Assembly (NCBI GenBank): GCA_977016875.1
Contig: CDRNST010000090.1
Location: 806,001 to 870,000, forward strand
DNA length: 64,000 nt
Reading direction: 5' to 3'
Origin: Pavona decussata
Taxonomy: Eukaryota
In this document: in pieces, positions 22,747 through 36,342 of the stretch
Layout: the number at the start of each line of letters is the position of its first letter
How positions within the stretch are numbered: position 1 is the first letter of the stretch
Notes under the pieces: model-generated
Told to the model about the DNA's origin: nothing
Database searches by the model: none
What the model saw: only the letters and a program-made list of their open reading frames with translations
Made by a program: the position numbers and the translations under genes

Positions 22747-24185
22747 ATTATTATACAATGCTGATGCTATCTCAATTTTGATTGGCTAGAAGCACCCCGC
22801 TAATTCTAGATGGCGCTGTGTCATCGCGTCACATCTACAGACACTGGCGTTTATGCATGTAGGTATGACGCGTTTTGGCAGACAATGGTTTTCGTCACCT
22901 GACAAGCTAGCCGGCGGTTTGAGCAAGATTGTCATGGCGGAGTCCGCTCCAAGATTCGCGTCAGTCTCAGAAGTGGATTTAGGACGCCTTGTTGACGACA
23001 AGGACTCAAAGAACACCAAACGAGCTACCAAGACAGCTCTTAGAGTTTTACAGCAGTATTTGAAGGAGAAGAAAGTTCCCGAACCGCAAACCAAAGATGG
23101 CATCAGTAACGTTCTCAAACTATTTTATGCCGAAGCTAGAAAAGTCGATGGAACTTCTTATTCCAAAAGCACTCTCAAAAGCCTGAGATTTGGACTGGGC
23201 AGACACTTCAAGGCGACTCTTGGCTTCGATATAATAAACGATCCAGCATTTGCCGAGGCAAACAAAGTTTTTGGCGCCAAGTGCGTTGAACTAAAACGAT
23301 AAGGGCTCGCCAAAGTCGAACACACGCCACCGATCTGCGAAGAAGATCTTAAAAAGCTGTACGAAAGCGATGTTTTTAACCAAAACAGCCCGGAAACGCT
23401 TCAAAACAAAGTTTTTTTCGAGGTTATGTTGTACTTTTGTCGCTGAGGAAGGCAAAATCTTCGTGAACTCAAAAAAGCTGATTTTTCATTCAGCACGGAT
23501 GGCAAAGGTGCAAAATATGTGTGCAAAACAACAGATGAACTCACAAAGAACCGACGAGAAAATGATGAAGGACTTGAAGGAGGCGTGATGTTCGAGAAAC
23601 CAGGACCACACTGTCCTGTGGCTTCATTTGAACGGTACATACAGCACCTGAATCCCTCAAAAGAATGAAAAACGCCGGCATATCTGATCAAGTGTGGTAC
23701 GATAACATGGTTGTCGGAGAGCGTTTGCTCGGTGAAAAAATGAAAAGGATCTCTCGAGAAGCCAAACTTTCAAAGTCTTACACCAATCACTCGATCAGGG
23801 CAACGGCGGTTACAATCCTGGACAAGTCCGGGTTCGAAGCAAGGCATATCATGGCGGTGAGCGAGCACAGAAATGAATCCAGCATTCGGAGCTATAGCAG
23901 GACTGACATTTCAACCAAGAGAAAAATGTCGGAAACCCTGACGACAGAGTGCGAGGTGAGAGGTGAGGAAGTGGCTATTAATCCGCACCAGTTATCTCCT
24001 GTTATTAGCCTTTCTCAAGAGGAATTTATTGTACAGAACTCTCATTCGGTTTTTCGCATGATAGCGAAATTATCAAGGCCTCGGTTTGTGTTATCCGCCT
24101 CAGCCTTCGGCTTCGGCAGATAACACAAACCTCGGCCTTGATAATTCTCGCTATCATGCTCAACCTCATCCAATAATTGCTTAAT
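22747..24185 (+). mobile_element. Crypton transposon (KCTD1/DUF3504-type tyrosine recombinase), inactivated
   Basis: ORF from ATG 22934: PRFASVSE...SKNTKRAT, FYAEARKVDG..YSKSTL, YFCR*GRQNLR (Arg box), YTNHSIRAT (HxxR) and SEHRNESSIRSY (His, Tyr). Stops at ~23300 and ~23444 plus a deletion near 23665. 3' hairpin at 24056-24159. Confidence 0.9.
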
Positions 24186-25034
24186 ATCAACATTCTATTC
24201 ACAATTCTCTATATAATTTTTCTTAGAGTCTTTCTTGCAAGAAAGATATTATACGTCATCCTGCATGTATTTCATTCTAATAACCCTTATTTTTTGTAGT
24301 GAGTAATACTGTTTGGAGAAATTAGATGCCAGTCATTCCTGGTTTGTTTGGGGTGCACATTTAAAATGATTTCTACCTATTAAATACATGTATGAAATTA
24401 CACTTTTGTAAAATTAATCTTATGATGTTATCAAATACTGTAAAAGGTTTCAATTTTAAACTAACCACATGTTACATACTGGATGTTTTCAATTACCAAA
24501 ACAATGTTACTAAATTTACTTACTTAAGAACCTAGTAAGGTAGGCTATGGGGGAAATGGGGAATGTTTAAAAATTATGTAGTTCCTGGTAAACCAACCTA
24601 AACAGACCTGTTTTTCATTGAAGCAAGGGAGACGAGAACGCCTACCGCAAAGACACCTTTATGGCAGGCGTTCCCTCTCCGCTCAATTTTCTCACTTCCC
24701 TTGCTTCCTTCTCCCTTTCCCCAATGAATTTTGAGAGTTTGAATCAAAATGATGTTGGCTGTGAAGCGTTTGTGAACAGTTGCGCTTAGCGTAGAGAGGG
24801 TTCTGGAGTCGTTAGAACAAAAAGGTGATGGAAATGCTGGCATGTCGAGTGGCAAAGAAAGCAATATATATCGTCAGCTGCAACATACAATGGACAGGTC
24901 GAGGTATAAACTGTACTGTCTATTCAATCTACAGCAGTGACAGAACTTATACCCCTAGAATTATCAACTTTAACAGAAACAGCATTCACTTACCTAGAGC
25001 AGCATTTTCTATTTGGAAGGCGAAGATTCTTAAA

Positions 25035-26106
25035 TACTCCTTTGTTCTGTCTTACTGGCTCTCACAAAATCATTAAGTAAATGCTTCTTTTGTTTGTACT
25101 GTATGATACCATGGGCTATATACAAACAGTGAACAATGCTGCCAATAATTATTCAATGCTAGAACAGATACATGAGGTTCATAACGCCACCACATGCCTT
25201 AATAAACATGGAGCCGTAAGTGTTCCCGTAACCTCAACATTGTTATAATATAAAAAAGGTTAAAGATAGATTTAAAAACAATGCCTCAGTATTCAACTCC
25301 GGCTGTAAAACCTGTATACATGTTTATTGTTTTTTTGACTGTCATAACTGATTGCCCCCATGACTTGACATCTAATGCGTACCATTCAACAGTGGCAATG
25401 CTTTCATATGAGTAAGTAAATGTTGCACTCTATATTAAAGTTCTGTATAAGGTTGTCTTGTGTTCAAAGGCCCCCCTATAGATCTTACATGATAGATTCG
25501 CTTTTGGACAGGACCAAGCATGTGGTACCTGTCCAGACGGTTACTAAAATAGAGTTTCGAAGCTCTCAAACACAAGTTTGAGGCACTGAAAAAATTATCC
25601 CAGCTTTTTTAACAAAAGATATTTAGCTCTACTCCATTATTTAATGTTTAATTGTCCCCGTATTTGTCCTTGCGTGCTCGGTTTTTCTTTTTTACAATAT
25701 GCAATACATGACCTTTTATTTGCAACTGCCCAGGTTAGTGATGAACACGAAAATTGAAAGTTCACCAGAGACAAATGGTAATATAAAAACGTGTTACCTT
25801 GATCTACTTATACCTCCCAGGTACTAATTTCATTTCAAAATTATCCTTTTACGGTTCACTGTGATAGAAGTTGCACATGACTATCTGACAAAAATAAAGA
25901 ACTGGCTTTTGGAACAGAACATCAACAATTCCTTCGACACTTGGCATGAGAATTAAAAAAAGTTAGCCAAGAAACTCAAAGCTGTGGATGTTTGTGTTAA
26001 TGTACTACCTGATCTATCCAAGACAATCGAATGTACATTTGATTATCGCTTGGATTAAGTAGTACTAGAACACAATTATTGCAAACTAACTTTCCTAGTA
26101 GATTAA
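25035..26106 (+). repeat. ~1-kb duplicated segment, copy 2 of 15244-16286 (includes a Kolobok-like exon)
   Basis: This copy keeps the better motif VIEVAHDY...NNSFDTWH at ~25861-25948. Confidence 0.9.
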
Positions 26107-26574
26107 GGTATTACAATTGGGTGGAAGGAAAAAAATAAACGTACCTTTACATTTTGTCTGCAAATAGATAAAATATTGTTGACGAAATTCAAAAGATAAG
26201 AATTTTTCATTGGCGCATTGAGAAGAAAATTTAAGTTAAATTTCATTGTCAGGAGCACCTTAATTGAACAGCAATTTAAGAAAGCAATTAAGGAAAATGC
26301 AAAGAATGGTGGCTAGGAAATCAAATCCAGCACAAAAGATGGGAAAAATCTGTGGCTACACGAGATTGGAATTACACCAGCCCAGAAGGGAGCCAGGCAT
26401 CGAATTTGGAGTGAGGGGAGGGTGATGCTGTAACAAATTTAGCATTATATGTCGCTCAATGCAAAACCTAAGCCAACAATTGACGTGTGTAACTCACCTG
26501 CTGGTTAGCAGAAGTTCAAATATATTTTACTGATTAACTCCAGAGAGTCTAATGTTATCAATTTTCCTTCATAG

Positions 26575-26748
26575 TTACACAGTGCACCAACCGACCCATG
26601 CGGCGCAGGAATTTGTGCTTTTGCTTTGGGGGATATTAGAAAATGTGAAGTCATTTGCAAGTATGAAGGAGAAATTATCCCTTTAGAAGAGGCTAAGAAA
26701 ATTGAAAGCCTGTATGAAGAGGACAGAAAGGCATGGCCTTATAAGTGA
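26575..26748 (+). pseudogene. SET-domain N-terminal exon fragment (PR-Set7-like)
   Basis: After a pyrimidine tract and AG: GAGICAFALGDIRKCEVICKYEGEIIPLEEAKKIESLYEE, matching G.G.FA...I.KG..I.EY.GE.I...EA. Confidence 0.5.
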
Positions 26749-28547
26749 TCAACAGTGCTGAATATCAGATTGCATGAGTATTAAGATATGGGCTTGAGTC
26801 AAATTGTATTTGTTTTTCGTGAGTGTAGTTTTCCAAGATGGTCTGGCTGCGCACAACAGTGGATTGTGGGGCCGTCCAAGTTTTGTAACTTTCTGCAAAA
26901 ATTTCCCCAGTTTGCATTAGACAAGTCTCATTTACTTTTAATTTGATGGTTCTTGTTTACTGATAAGAATGACGCTAGTAGTTGGTGGACAAGGTTTTTC
27001 GCTAACAAAACATAAGTGGAATTTAGCTTGGCTTTTCCTTGTTCCTTTATTATGAAATTCAACAGAAACGTTAACGTCCAAGAGTCGATGCTAAGAGTCC
27101 TAAGTAAGCTGTCTATTTACTTCATGGAGTCCCCATTATACTTGCACAAGAATACTAGTGAACTATTCTCATGTTTCCTTTCTTTGTTTTCACTAGGATA
27201 GCTCCTTATGAAGGTAATCCAGGAAGTTCAGTTAACGCTCCTGGACAATTTGAAGGAATGCTTTCTGTTTTACTACCTGTACCATGTAGTAAAAAGGGGA
27301 CAATTTGTAAGAGCTGACTTAACATTTTTGCTAGAGGGTCACACTTAACTGTTTGCAATGGATTATTTGGAAATATACGCTTTTCCAAAAGCATGAGGCT
27401 ATTGACATTCAGCAAAAATGGGTAACAGTTACAAAAACTATCCGGCGTCACAGTCCATTGGATAACTCTAGACATGATAAAGGACTACTAATCATTCCTT
27501 CGACTACAGTATGGAAGCCTTAACAAGGAATAAGACTTCGTAAATGGACGAGTCAATGAAGAGGGAGAGTTTCAGCTGGTACATCATCCTGATAACATCT
27601 TCGTTAGATTCAAAATAAATCCTAAACAATTACCATAGAGAGTTTCCTTTGTAAAGAAGAAACAACATCCTGAGCTAAGACCAGAACTTCACACAACTTT
27701 ACGACAGGATAGGAGGCAGATACGCGAGGACGTTAAAATTTCTTGTGTTAAATTAGCACAGAAATACTTGGTATACACTATTTCACTTGGAAATACTTAC
27801 ACTAGCCCACAATGATATGTTGGAAAGATTCTGCAGCAAGAAGAACGACAAGTAAAGTTGTAATAAAAAAAAAGTAAAGTTGTACTGATGTAATATTACA
27901 TGCAATTTTCACATTCACTGAGTTTAATAAATTGAGGTAATTTCCACTGAATGTCCATTACTCAAAATATAAGGGGGTGGGGGCATATTACAATAGTAAC
28001 TTTTAACAAATGGTAATATTTTTCCGCACAAGTTTTTACCATACAACTAATTGAAGCACGGCACTGTTGGTCACATCCCTTATTGTTGATTTAGTGTAAT
28101 GAAGAAAAATATAATTTCTCAACGTCAACAGTTACTTTAATGAATCCATGTTCTAGTAATTGTTTTTCGTGGATTATGAGTCAGACACTAAATCACCATA
28201 TTGTAAACAACAGCAAATTCTTGGGCAAGTTCATCCTGGTGTATTTGTCAACAGCCCCAACGAAATAGACCCACTTTCAGTTTATTCAGTTGAGAAATAT
28301 ATATAAATTGCTGTTAGATCTTTTCATTCAAGACAAGCAAGCTAAAAAAGAAAACGAAAGGGAAAAAGTGAGGGAACTTCATCAAGACCTTGACAGACTA
28401 ACAGCCATTTACGGTAAACATCCAGGTATTGACTAGTCATCAAAGGGACATGATCAAACTGTCCATTTTGAGGTCATCCTTGTCTTTCAGCACAATTCTG
28501 TGGTGGTATAAACAAACATAACGAACAGGATAATTGGGCGCAGCAAA

Positions 28548-29045
28548 TAGGTTGTAGCCGACTTTTTGACCAACAGAAAACAGCGCATCAAACTCTTTGA
28601 ACAATGTTTCTCAAAATGGGATCAAGTTCCAGCAAGTGTACCTCAGGGGGCTAAGCTTGGGCCATGGCTCTTCCTACTCATGATTAACCACCTCAACATA
28701 CCAGACGTTCTCACTTGGAAATACGTTGACGACACCACAGTTGCGGAAATAGTTCGATGTGGCGCATCTAGTGAGATCCAAAAACCGGCCGATAAAGTAG
28801 TGGATTGGTCCAAGGATCAACGTATGCATCTTACTGAAGACAAATGCAAGGAAATCAGAATTGACTTTAAAAAAACAAACACAGCTTCGATCCAGTTTTG
28901 ATTAATGGCAAAGATCTGTCCGTGCTTGAGAACGCAAAAATCCTCAGCATCACCATCTCCAGCGACCTTAAGTGGAATGACCACGTAGAGCAAGCTATTA
29001 AAAAGGCCAACAAGAGACTATTTCTCGGTCCAACTAAGAAGGGCT
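28548..29045 (+). mobile_element. Non-LTR retrotransposon (L2/CR1 group) RT fragment
   Basis: DFLTNRKQRIKL, VPQGAKLGPWLFLLMIN, KYVDDTT, KCKEIRIDF and ISSDLKWNDHV...KANKRL. Confidence 0.9.
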
Positions 29046-29624
29046 GGTGTTGGGGCCGAAAGTCTAATGACATTTTTCCTTTTTTTTTTACGAAGCAATG
29101 ATTTTGTTGGAGTTGTCTGATGATAATCTTGCAAAATATTTTGAGGAATGCATGTTTACATTCTTCCCTTTGATTTTCTACATTGAATCTGCAAGCAGAT
29201 TTCCCATTAACAACAATTGTCTCTCAATGACAGGCTGCGGGAGGAATGCCCTCGGGTGGTTGCTCCAGAACCCCTTCAGAACCCTTGAGGGTTCTCTACC
29301 GTATACGTTATACATACATATTGAGGTAAGATTATTTTCCTTTGAAATAAAAAAAAATTATATAGAACAGGAAAGTCTAACTCATTATTTTTCCTTTGTT
29401 TGAAGTCAATGAAAAAGTATATTTGTCGTTGTATATCAGCCATAAAACGACAGTATGTTGCCCACAAGAATTCATTTCTCTGTTTGGCAATCACCCTGAG
29501 CTGAAGTTCAGAAAAGCAAAATAGTAAGCTTGGGACGTTTGGCAACCAGCCATTTCATATATCAGACCCTGCTCTGAACTCTCCATTTTTTCTTCACATA
29601 ACGCCCAGGGATTGATTCCTCCGA

Positions 29625-32036
29625 AATTTTCAGATACTTCCATTTTGCAGACAACACCCAGACACCCAGGGCTGACACAACCAATCACAATAAGTTGTAC
29701 AAGTTTCACCCATTCCTTGACTTAGTAATACCCAAGTTTCAGCAAGTGTATAAGCCTAACAAACAGCTTCCCATTGATGAAACTTTGATCAAGTTCAAAG
29801 GAAAAGTACACTTCCGGCAGTTCATTCCAATCAAGCCAGGGAGATTTGGAATCAAAGCTTTCACACTAGCAGAATCTAGTTGTGGTTATTTGTTGAACAG
29901 CCAGATTAATAATGGTAAGGAAGGTGATGCAGTACAGAAAGACTTAGGCAGAAGAGCTGTAATGTCCGTGATGGAACCCCACTGAAAAAAGGGATATTAT
30001 GTCTTCATGGACAATTATTACACTTCAGTCGATTTGTTTGAGGAACTCTAAGAAAGGAAAACTCTTGCATGTGAGACAATTAGGTAAAACAGAAAAGGCC
30101 TACCAAAAGAAATTTGTGGTTTAACAGAAAAGAAAGTTAAACAGCTCCAAAGGGGAGAGAGTTTGTTTCGGCAAAAAGGAAATGTGTGTGATGGTGTGAC
30201 AGAAAACCAGTAAGTGTTTTGGCTACAACTCCCACTAGTGAAACTGATCTAAGTGTTGTCCAGCGCTCTTTAAAAGTCAGTGGAACTTGGGAAAAGAGTG
30301 ATTTTGCTCGGCCAGGTGTAATTGACCTATACAATACCTATATGGGTGGGGTTGATTTGTCAGACCAAAGGGCTGTTGCACATGTCCACCTTATGAGAGG
30401 AGTTGTCTGGTATTACAAAGTGTTCTTCTACATGGTGGAAGTGTGTATGTCAAATGCACACATATTACACTGTAAATCCCCTGATCATGCAAGTATTACC
30501 AGTCTGGAGTTCAGGAATTCGGTGCTTAAGGCATTAGTTGAAGGCAAGTGCTTCAGGAGAGACGCAGGCTTCCAGCAGATCCCAGTGCTATCCCCGACAT
30601 CAGGTTTAACCGTGACCATTTTCATCACCTCACAAGTCATGACACCAGATCCACATGTAAGGTCCACATTCAAGGAATGAAGACTGTATACACCTGTGCT
30701 ATTTGTGGAGTGAGAATGTGTGCTTAGCCTTGTTTCAAAAGGTACCGCATGATGAACACCTATTACTTTACCAGACAACTGAAAGAGGAAGGAGGGAGGC
30801 CATTTCAAAGGGGCAGAAGGAGATCACTGCGAAATTAAACATTGATAGGGTCTCTTTATGTGAAATTTACAAAGTGGTATGCTATATGGATGAACTGATT
30901 GAGATTTACTAAAAATGTCTCTCTTGCCAAAAATTTCTTACTTTCCATTTACAGAAGCAACCATCCAGCTTATTTAAGGTGACCCGGTACCTTCAGAGGT
31001 GTCTTGTGTCCAAGCGATGTAGCGCGTCCCATTTAAACTGTAGATACCTGAAACTTTATATCAAATTAAAGCTTATAGAGCTGGCTATTCAACTAAACCA
31101 AGAATTTTGTAATAAAATGAATTGCCCAATTTTTAGCGCTGTTTTCTCAACTAAATTTTTTTCACTTGGAGGAGCCACTTCAAAGAGCTGAATCTCAAAA
31201 GGAATTTGTTCGTTTGCCTTCAAATTTGGACAGTAGCTAGTTTAACATAAAAACAACAAAAAAGTGTCTGCAAATTTTTTCTTTCGAAATATTTTTTCTC
31301 CGAGAACGATTTTTGTACAATTACTCCACATTTTTTTCACCCTATTTCGGAAATACTCCATAACTTTTCACCGCGATTGAATATGGCAAAATGCAGACAC
31401 GATTTTTTTAGTGCTTTGGGTCCGGAAACTTAGGAGCAAATTAAATTACAAAAAAACAAAATTCACTTTCACTTGTGGCTTTAAAAAGGTGATTCGGACG
31501 CTCGCAATTAGAGGTCGTAAAAAATTCGACAATTCATTTTATTTCAAAATTCTTGGTATGTTTGATAGTCAGCTCTATAAGCTTTAATTTGATATAGGGG
31601 TTTAGGTATCTACAATTTTAACTGGATACACTACATCACTTAAACGCCAGACACCTCTGAAGGTATCAGGTAACCTTAAGCATTGATTTGCAAACTGTTC
31701 AAAGAGATGCCTTTGCAGCCTTTTATCTTTTGAATTCTAACTTAAGAGAGATCACTTGTTCGGATAAGATGGCTACTGATATGATTATTTTCTTCTTAAC
31801 GGATATTTATTGTCTTTTGAAAATATGAATAATTATGCAAATTATGACTGTAGTGATGTCACGTGTTTTCAAATATCCCATATTTTTTTATCTGATATGA
31901 ACAAGAATTTTATGCTCTTCATGAATATATATGGTTTTATGAGGTTTTTGTGTAACCTTTTGGCTTTGCAAGCACTACAAGTCATAGGGCTTGTATTCTC
32001 TTAAAATAACCCCACCTCCCCTTAATATGCAAGGGG
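29625..32036 (+). mobile_element. 5'-truncated piggyBac element (transposase pseudogene ~29625-30780)
   Basis: HFADN, IDETLIKFKG...KPGRFGIK, FMDNYYTS, YNTYMGGVDLSDQ and a C-terminal Cys-rich domain. Candidate right end ...GCAAGGGG|TTAA at 32036/32037-32040; left end not found. Confidence 0.85.
30978..31675. mobile_element. Non-autonomous TTAA-flanked MITE (Kolobok-type ends GG...CC), 698 bp
   Basis: TTAA at 30974-30977 and 31676-31679. 27-bp TIR GGTGACCCGGTACCTTCAGAGGTGTCT with 3 mismatches, plus a second inverted block at 31032-31092 / 31560-31621. Confidence 0.9.
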
Positions 32037-32574
32037 TTAAGTAGCATCAGTCTCTAGTGTTCTTCTTGGAATATTGCATCTGAAATCTTTGTCCAGTTGT
32101 CAATTTTTGAAGTCTGAATACTTCTATCAATTCCATAGGCTTTGTAAACAAAACAATTTCCTCCTCCCATCATTAAGTGAATCAATGCAATTGAAACCTA
32201 GAATCAGCGTTAAAAGCTCAGCTCATCTCACCTGCTCAAAACATTGATCTGCCTACCCAAATCTGATCATGGGTACGAAAAACCATAGAGTTAAGTGAGA
32301 TCAGTGCTGAGGGAAGGGCTAACATTCCTCTGGCTTGGAAAGAGTACAGATGCACACGTCTCAAAGCTCCACTAACTTTTTGTAGTTCAAAGCAATGATT
32401 TTTACCAAATGCTCCTAGGAGTTCCTTCTCTTGACTTGAGTGTCGAACGAGAGAGATTCAGAGAACCAGAAACATTTGTGGTGATGTCGGGGACCTAAAG
32501 TGTGTTCAGCCTTGCTTCAAGTGCCCATAATCGTTGTCTGAGGTATCATTGGCTCCCCGTATGTTCCATTTATC

Positions 32575-32675
32575 CCTGATAATGTTGTGATAATGCTGTT
32601 GTTCTATCCACTTCCCGATGCTGTCCTCTAGTTCAGGCCACTGACACTTCTTTCCTCGGTTTGCACACTTATTCT
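32575..32675 (-). pseudogene. pogo/Tigger CENP-B-type HTH fragment
   Basis: KNKCANRGKKCQWPELEDSIGKWIEQQ; very short. Confidence 0.45.
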
Positions 32676-33320
32676 TCAACATACATTTTGGCTTCTCAAC
32701 TGAGACAGCTTAATTTCCTTTGTGGGTTCTAGGTTATGATTCAATGACACATTGAATTCCATGAAGTATAAAGTATGAAGACTGATCAAAAATAACACTA
32801 TTGATAAAACATTCTGTGGATCAGAAGGACTTCTCGTCAAAGAATAACTATTGACAGTTTTCATCAAGTTTCACATTGTTCATTGCAAGAATTTTTACAT
32901 CTTTGTAAGGCAGGTCACCAGTAAAACATCCCTGCAATCATTGTAATATGACTTTACACATGGATTTCTATGTTCTATTTTTGTGCATCACTAAAGTGTC
33001 TATGCCTACAAAAGAGCAGCTTGCCACCTACATGGGTAATCGGTTCAAACCTACGTGTAGTGCTTAATGACACTGCTCAACAAATGCCTGAAAGGCTGTC
33101 ACCTTATGCAGTCAAATGTGGCCCGTTTTTGACCACTCACACAAGCGTAGATGTTTTTGTAGAGTTGTTCAACTGTACAATTCTTTTACAAAGTACTGTT
33201 CCTCTAATTTTTTTCTTGTAATTTCTTCTAGACATGGCTCTTTTAGTTGACATTGTGTTGCCATGGAAAAGAGATTCTCGAAAGGCACCCAATACAAGAG
33301 GTCGGTGAGGAGGGGGATGA

Positions 33321-34720
33321 TTAGAAAAGAGAGAAAAATTAAATTCAGTTTACCTGTAGCTTAATGCGCAGTTGATGGACATATCTGCGTATTACAACGA
33401 GTTTAATATTGATGTTGAAAAAATGTTAAACATTTTCAGAACAATCGAAGAAGATGATATATGTTGCAGCAGCACTATTTTTAGTGCTGCTGAAGCGGCT
33501 TATTGAAGACCCCATTGAAGAGCTAGAGAGACTCCCGCTCCCAATCCAAGAAGTGGGAGATGCAGAAGGGCGAGTCATTTTGTAATTTTAAAAAATGTTG
33601 TTTACAATTTTTAATTGACATGACTGAGATACAGAAAAGAGATATACAAATTACTGAAATGAATTTTCTCTCCATCAATGACAGAGATCCAGCAGAGATC
33701 CAGGAGAGAGCAGTAGAGCACAAGGATGCTCCCTGATTGGAGGCAGCAGCGCCCAGAAAGAATCGCAGATAAAATTGCACATCCAAACGGAATGTAGTAA
33801 AGCTGCAGGCAGAGATACCAACTTGACAAGCAAATGTCCTGAAATGATATGAGATGCTTACCTCCCTCAGAAATGGTGCAACAATTTGTAAACAATCATC
33901 GTAGGCGTAACCTGTATGAGTTCAAAGCTGGTTTGTACTGCACAGCGCACCAATCCGGTATTGCTAGGATCTTGCTGGATGAGAAGAAATTCTTTTCTTG
34001 TTTTTCTTGAAGACAATATTAATCTTCCATGCGTTCATCACATCCAGAATTCCTCCGAGTCACAATAGTTTATTGTTCAAAGACCACCTGCCAATCAAAG
34101 TTGACTTCAACACACCCATGCGCGAAATAGGAACGCATACATCGCGTATGAAAGACATAACGCAGAGTGTGGAGTGTGGTACTTGAGTGCAGGAGAAAGA
34201 CAAGCAATGTACGTAAGCTTAGTGGTAGCAAAATGAGCCAATTGGTATTTCGCAAATCTGTAAAGATTGTTGCAGGCCGGGAACACATGATTCTTGTTAA
34301 CGTTTATTTAGAAAACAGAGAAAAGTTAAATGTAGTTTACCCGTAGCTTAATGCGCAGTTGATAGACATATCTGCGGATTACAACGCGTTTAATATTGAT
34401 GTTGACAAATGTTAAACATTTTCAGAACAATCGAAGATGATATTTGTAGCAGCAGCACTATTTTTAGTGCTGCTGAAGCGGCTCATTTGCATTGAAGACC
34501 AGGAGAGACTTCCTATTCAAGAAGTCGGGGATGAAGAAGGGTGAGTCATTTTGTAATTTTAAAAAATGTTGTTTACAATTTTTAATTGTCATGACTGAGA
34601 TACAGAAAAGAGATATACAATTACTGAAATGAATTTTCTCTGCATCAATCAATGACAGAGATCAAGCAGAGAGAGCTAGAGAAGCAGTAGAGCATACGGA
34701 TGCTCCCTGATTGGAGGGAG
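33321..34720 (+). repeat. Local ~410-430-bp direct duplication (33321-33750 and 34308-34720)
   Basis: Both copies begin TTAGAAAA(G/C)AGAGAAAA(A/G)TTAAAT and end near GGATGCTCCCTGATTGGAGG. Confidence 0.85.
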
Positions 34721-35111
34721 CAAATGTGGCCCGTTTTTGGCCACTCACATAAGGGTAGAAGTTCTTGTAGAGTTGTTCGACTGTACAAGTACAAGTACAT
34801 TACTTGCTCTAATTTTTCTCTTGTAATTTCTTCTAGACATGGCTCTTAGTTGACTTTGTGTTGCCATGGAAACATGTACAATTAACATTTCCTCATATTT
34901 CTTTCGTATATTTATGAATTTCTTTACAAATTTGGACATATTGCCACACCCAGCGTATAAAAAAAATTCCAAAAAATTCAATGAAGGATAAAGTATAAAG
35001 CCTGATCAAAAATACCACTATTGATATATATCGCTGTATAAATTACCTTATGATTCAGCTTCCTTTCCACTCATATTTACCTTAAAAGTTGTATAACCCT
35101 TATTTCTCAGG

Positions 35112-35430
35112 TACAGCTGTATAAGGTATTGTACGCTACAATTGTATAAACCATACCATTTCCTTTTACACCTCTACGCCTGTACGATATGTACGTTCTT
35201 TTAATTGATATATAGAATTTTTCAATGCAGCTGAATAAGGTATTTTATGCTACAGTTGTATAAACCATACTTATACTTGTACGCCTCTACCCTGTACAAT
35301 ATGTACGTTCTTATAATTGATATATAGAATTTTTCGCTACAACTGAATACGGTATTTTATGCTACAATTGTATAAGCCATACTATTTCCTTGTACACCTC
35401 TACCCCTGTACGATATGTATGTTCTTTTAA
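35112..35430 (+). repeat. ~113-bp tandem repeat, about 3 units
   Basis: Recurring GGTATT.TA.GCTACA.TTGTATAA.CCATAC...TGTAC.ATATGTA.GTTCTT. The third unit ends at the TTAA where the piggyBac begins. Confidence 0.85.
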
Positions 35431-35994
35431 ACCCTTTCCTGCCAGGGGGTTCTGGTTGACCAAATTCAAATTGGCCGTATACAACAGTAGAGCCTTAGAG
35501 GGGAGGTCTAATAATTGCTATGTGAAAGGTGAAAGAGAGAGCATTCAATCCCTGTGCGTTGCGAGCTAGTTTGCAAAGAATTTATCGCAGTTTCAAAGGT
35601 TTTGTTTATACTTTTGCTTTGAAAATGGCGTCCGCCATTACAGGTGACTCTCAAGGTGAAGAAGAATTAATTCTCTTTGTTTCAGACAGCAAAACAAGCA
35701 ATTTTGAGGGGTTTGATATTGATACAATGCCGCTGAGTTTCCATGCTCGTAGAATTGAGGACCATGAGTGAGACAATGAAGAGGAACAGTTTGCTTTTGA
35801 TAAAAGTAGTGACAAGGACGAATCCACAAGTGACTCATCTGATGACGAAGAACAATTTTGGGGCGAAAATATTGTTCCACAAACTGAAATACCTTTTGAG
35901 CAACGAACAGGTCCTGTACCAAACCTACCAGCCGACAAAAAGGCGATTGATTTCTTCCAACTTTTCTTCACGGAATGTTTGTATTGCTTGATCG

Positions 35995-36086
35995 CTTAAT
36001 CCTCCTTTGTAATATTAATGTTTGTTTTTTATGTATTGTATTCAATCTCGTTTCACGTGTGAAAAATAAAATTGAATTGAATTGAA
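35995..36086 (+). mobile_element. 5'-truncated non-LTR retroposon tail with (ATTGA)n end and 7-bp TSD
   Basis: TTGATCG at 35988-35994 and 36087-36093, with AATAAA before the (ATTGA)n run. Removal restores CLIVRETNRY. Confidence 0.8.
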
Positions 36087-36342
36087 TTGATCGTTCGTGA
36101 AACAAACCGTTACGTCCGACAAGAAGAGCAACGCCTCAAGAAGCAGGTAAACTGGACTGAACTCACCATACCTGGTTGGGTCTGTATTTTGCTATGGGGA
36201 TCGTGCAGAAAACCAACGCTTCATTCTTACTGGGATAAAACTGCCATGTCAGCAACTCCTGCTTTTGGCAAAGTAATGACTGGAGGCAGATTTTTATCCA
36301 TTATTCGATTTCTTCAATTTCTGCAAAATTACGTTTCTTTAA

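Noticed and set aside
27961-27990. Left end of the piggyBac ending at 32036
   Set aside because: Only weak similarity to the right end, with no TTAA-CCC start.
33750-34300. Coding-looking sequence between duplicated blocks
   Set aside because: No recognisable motif in the frames I translated.
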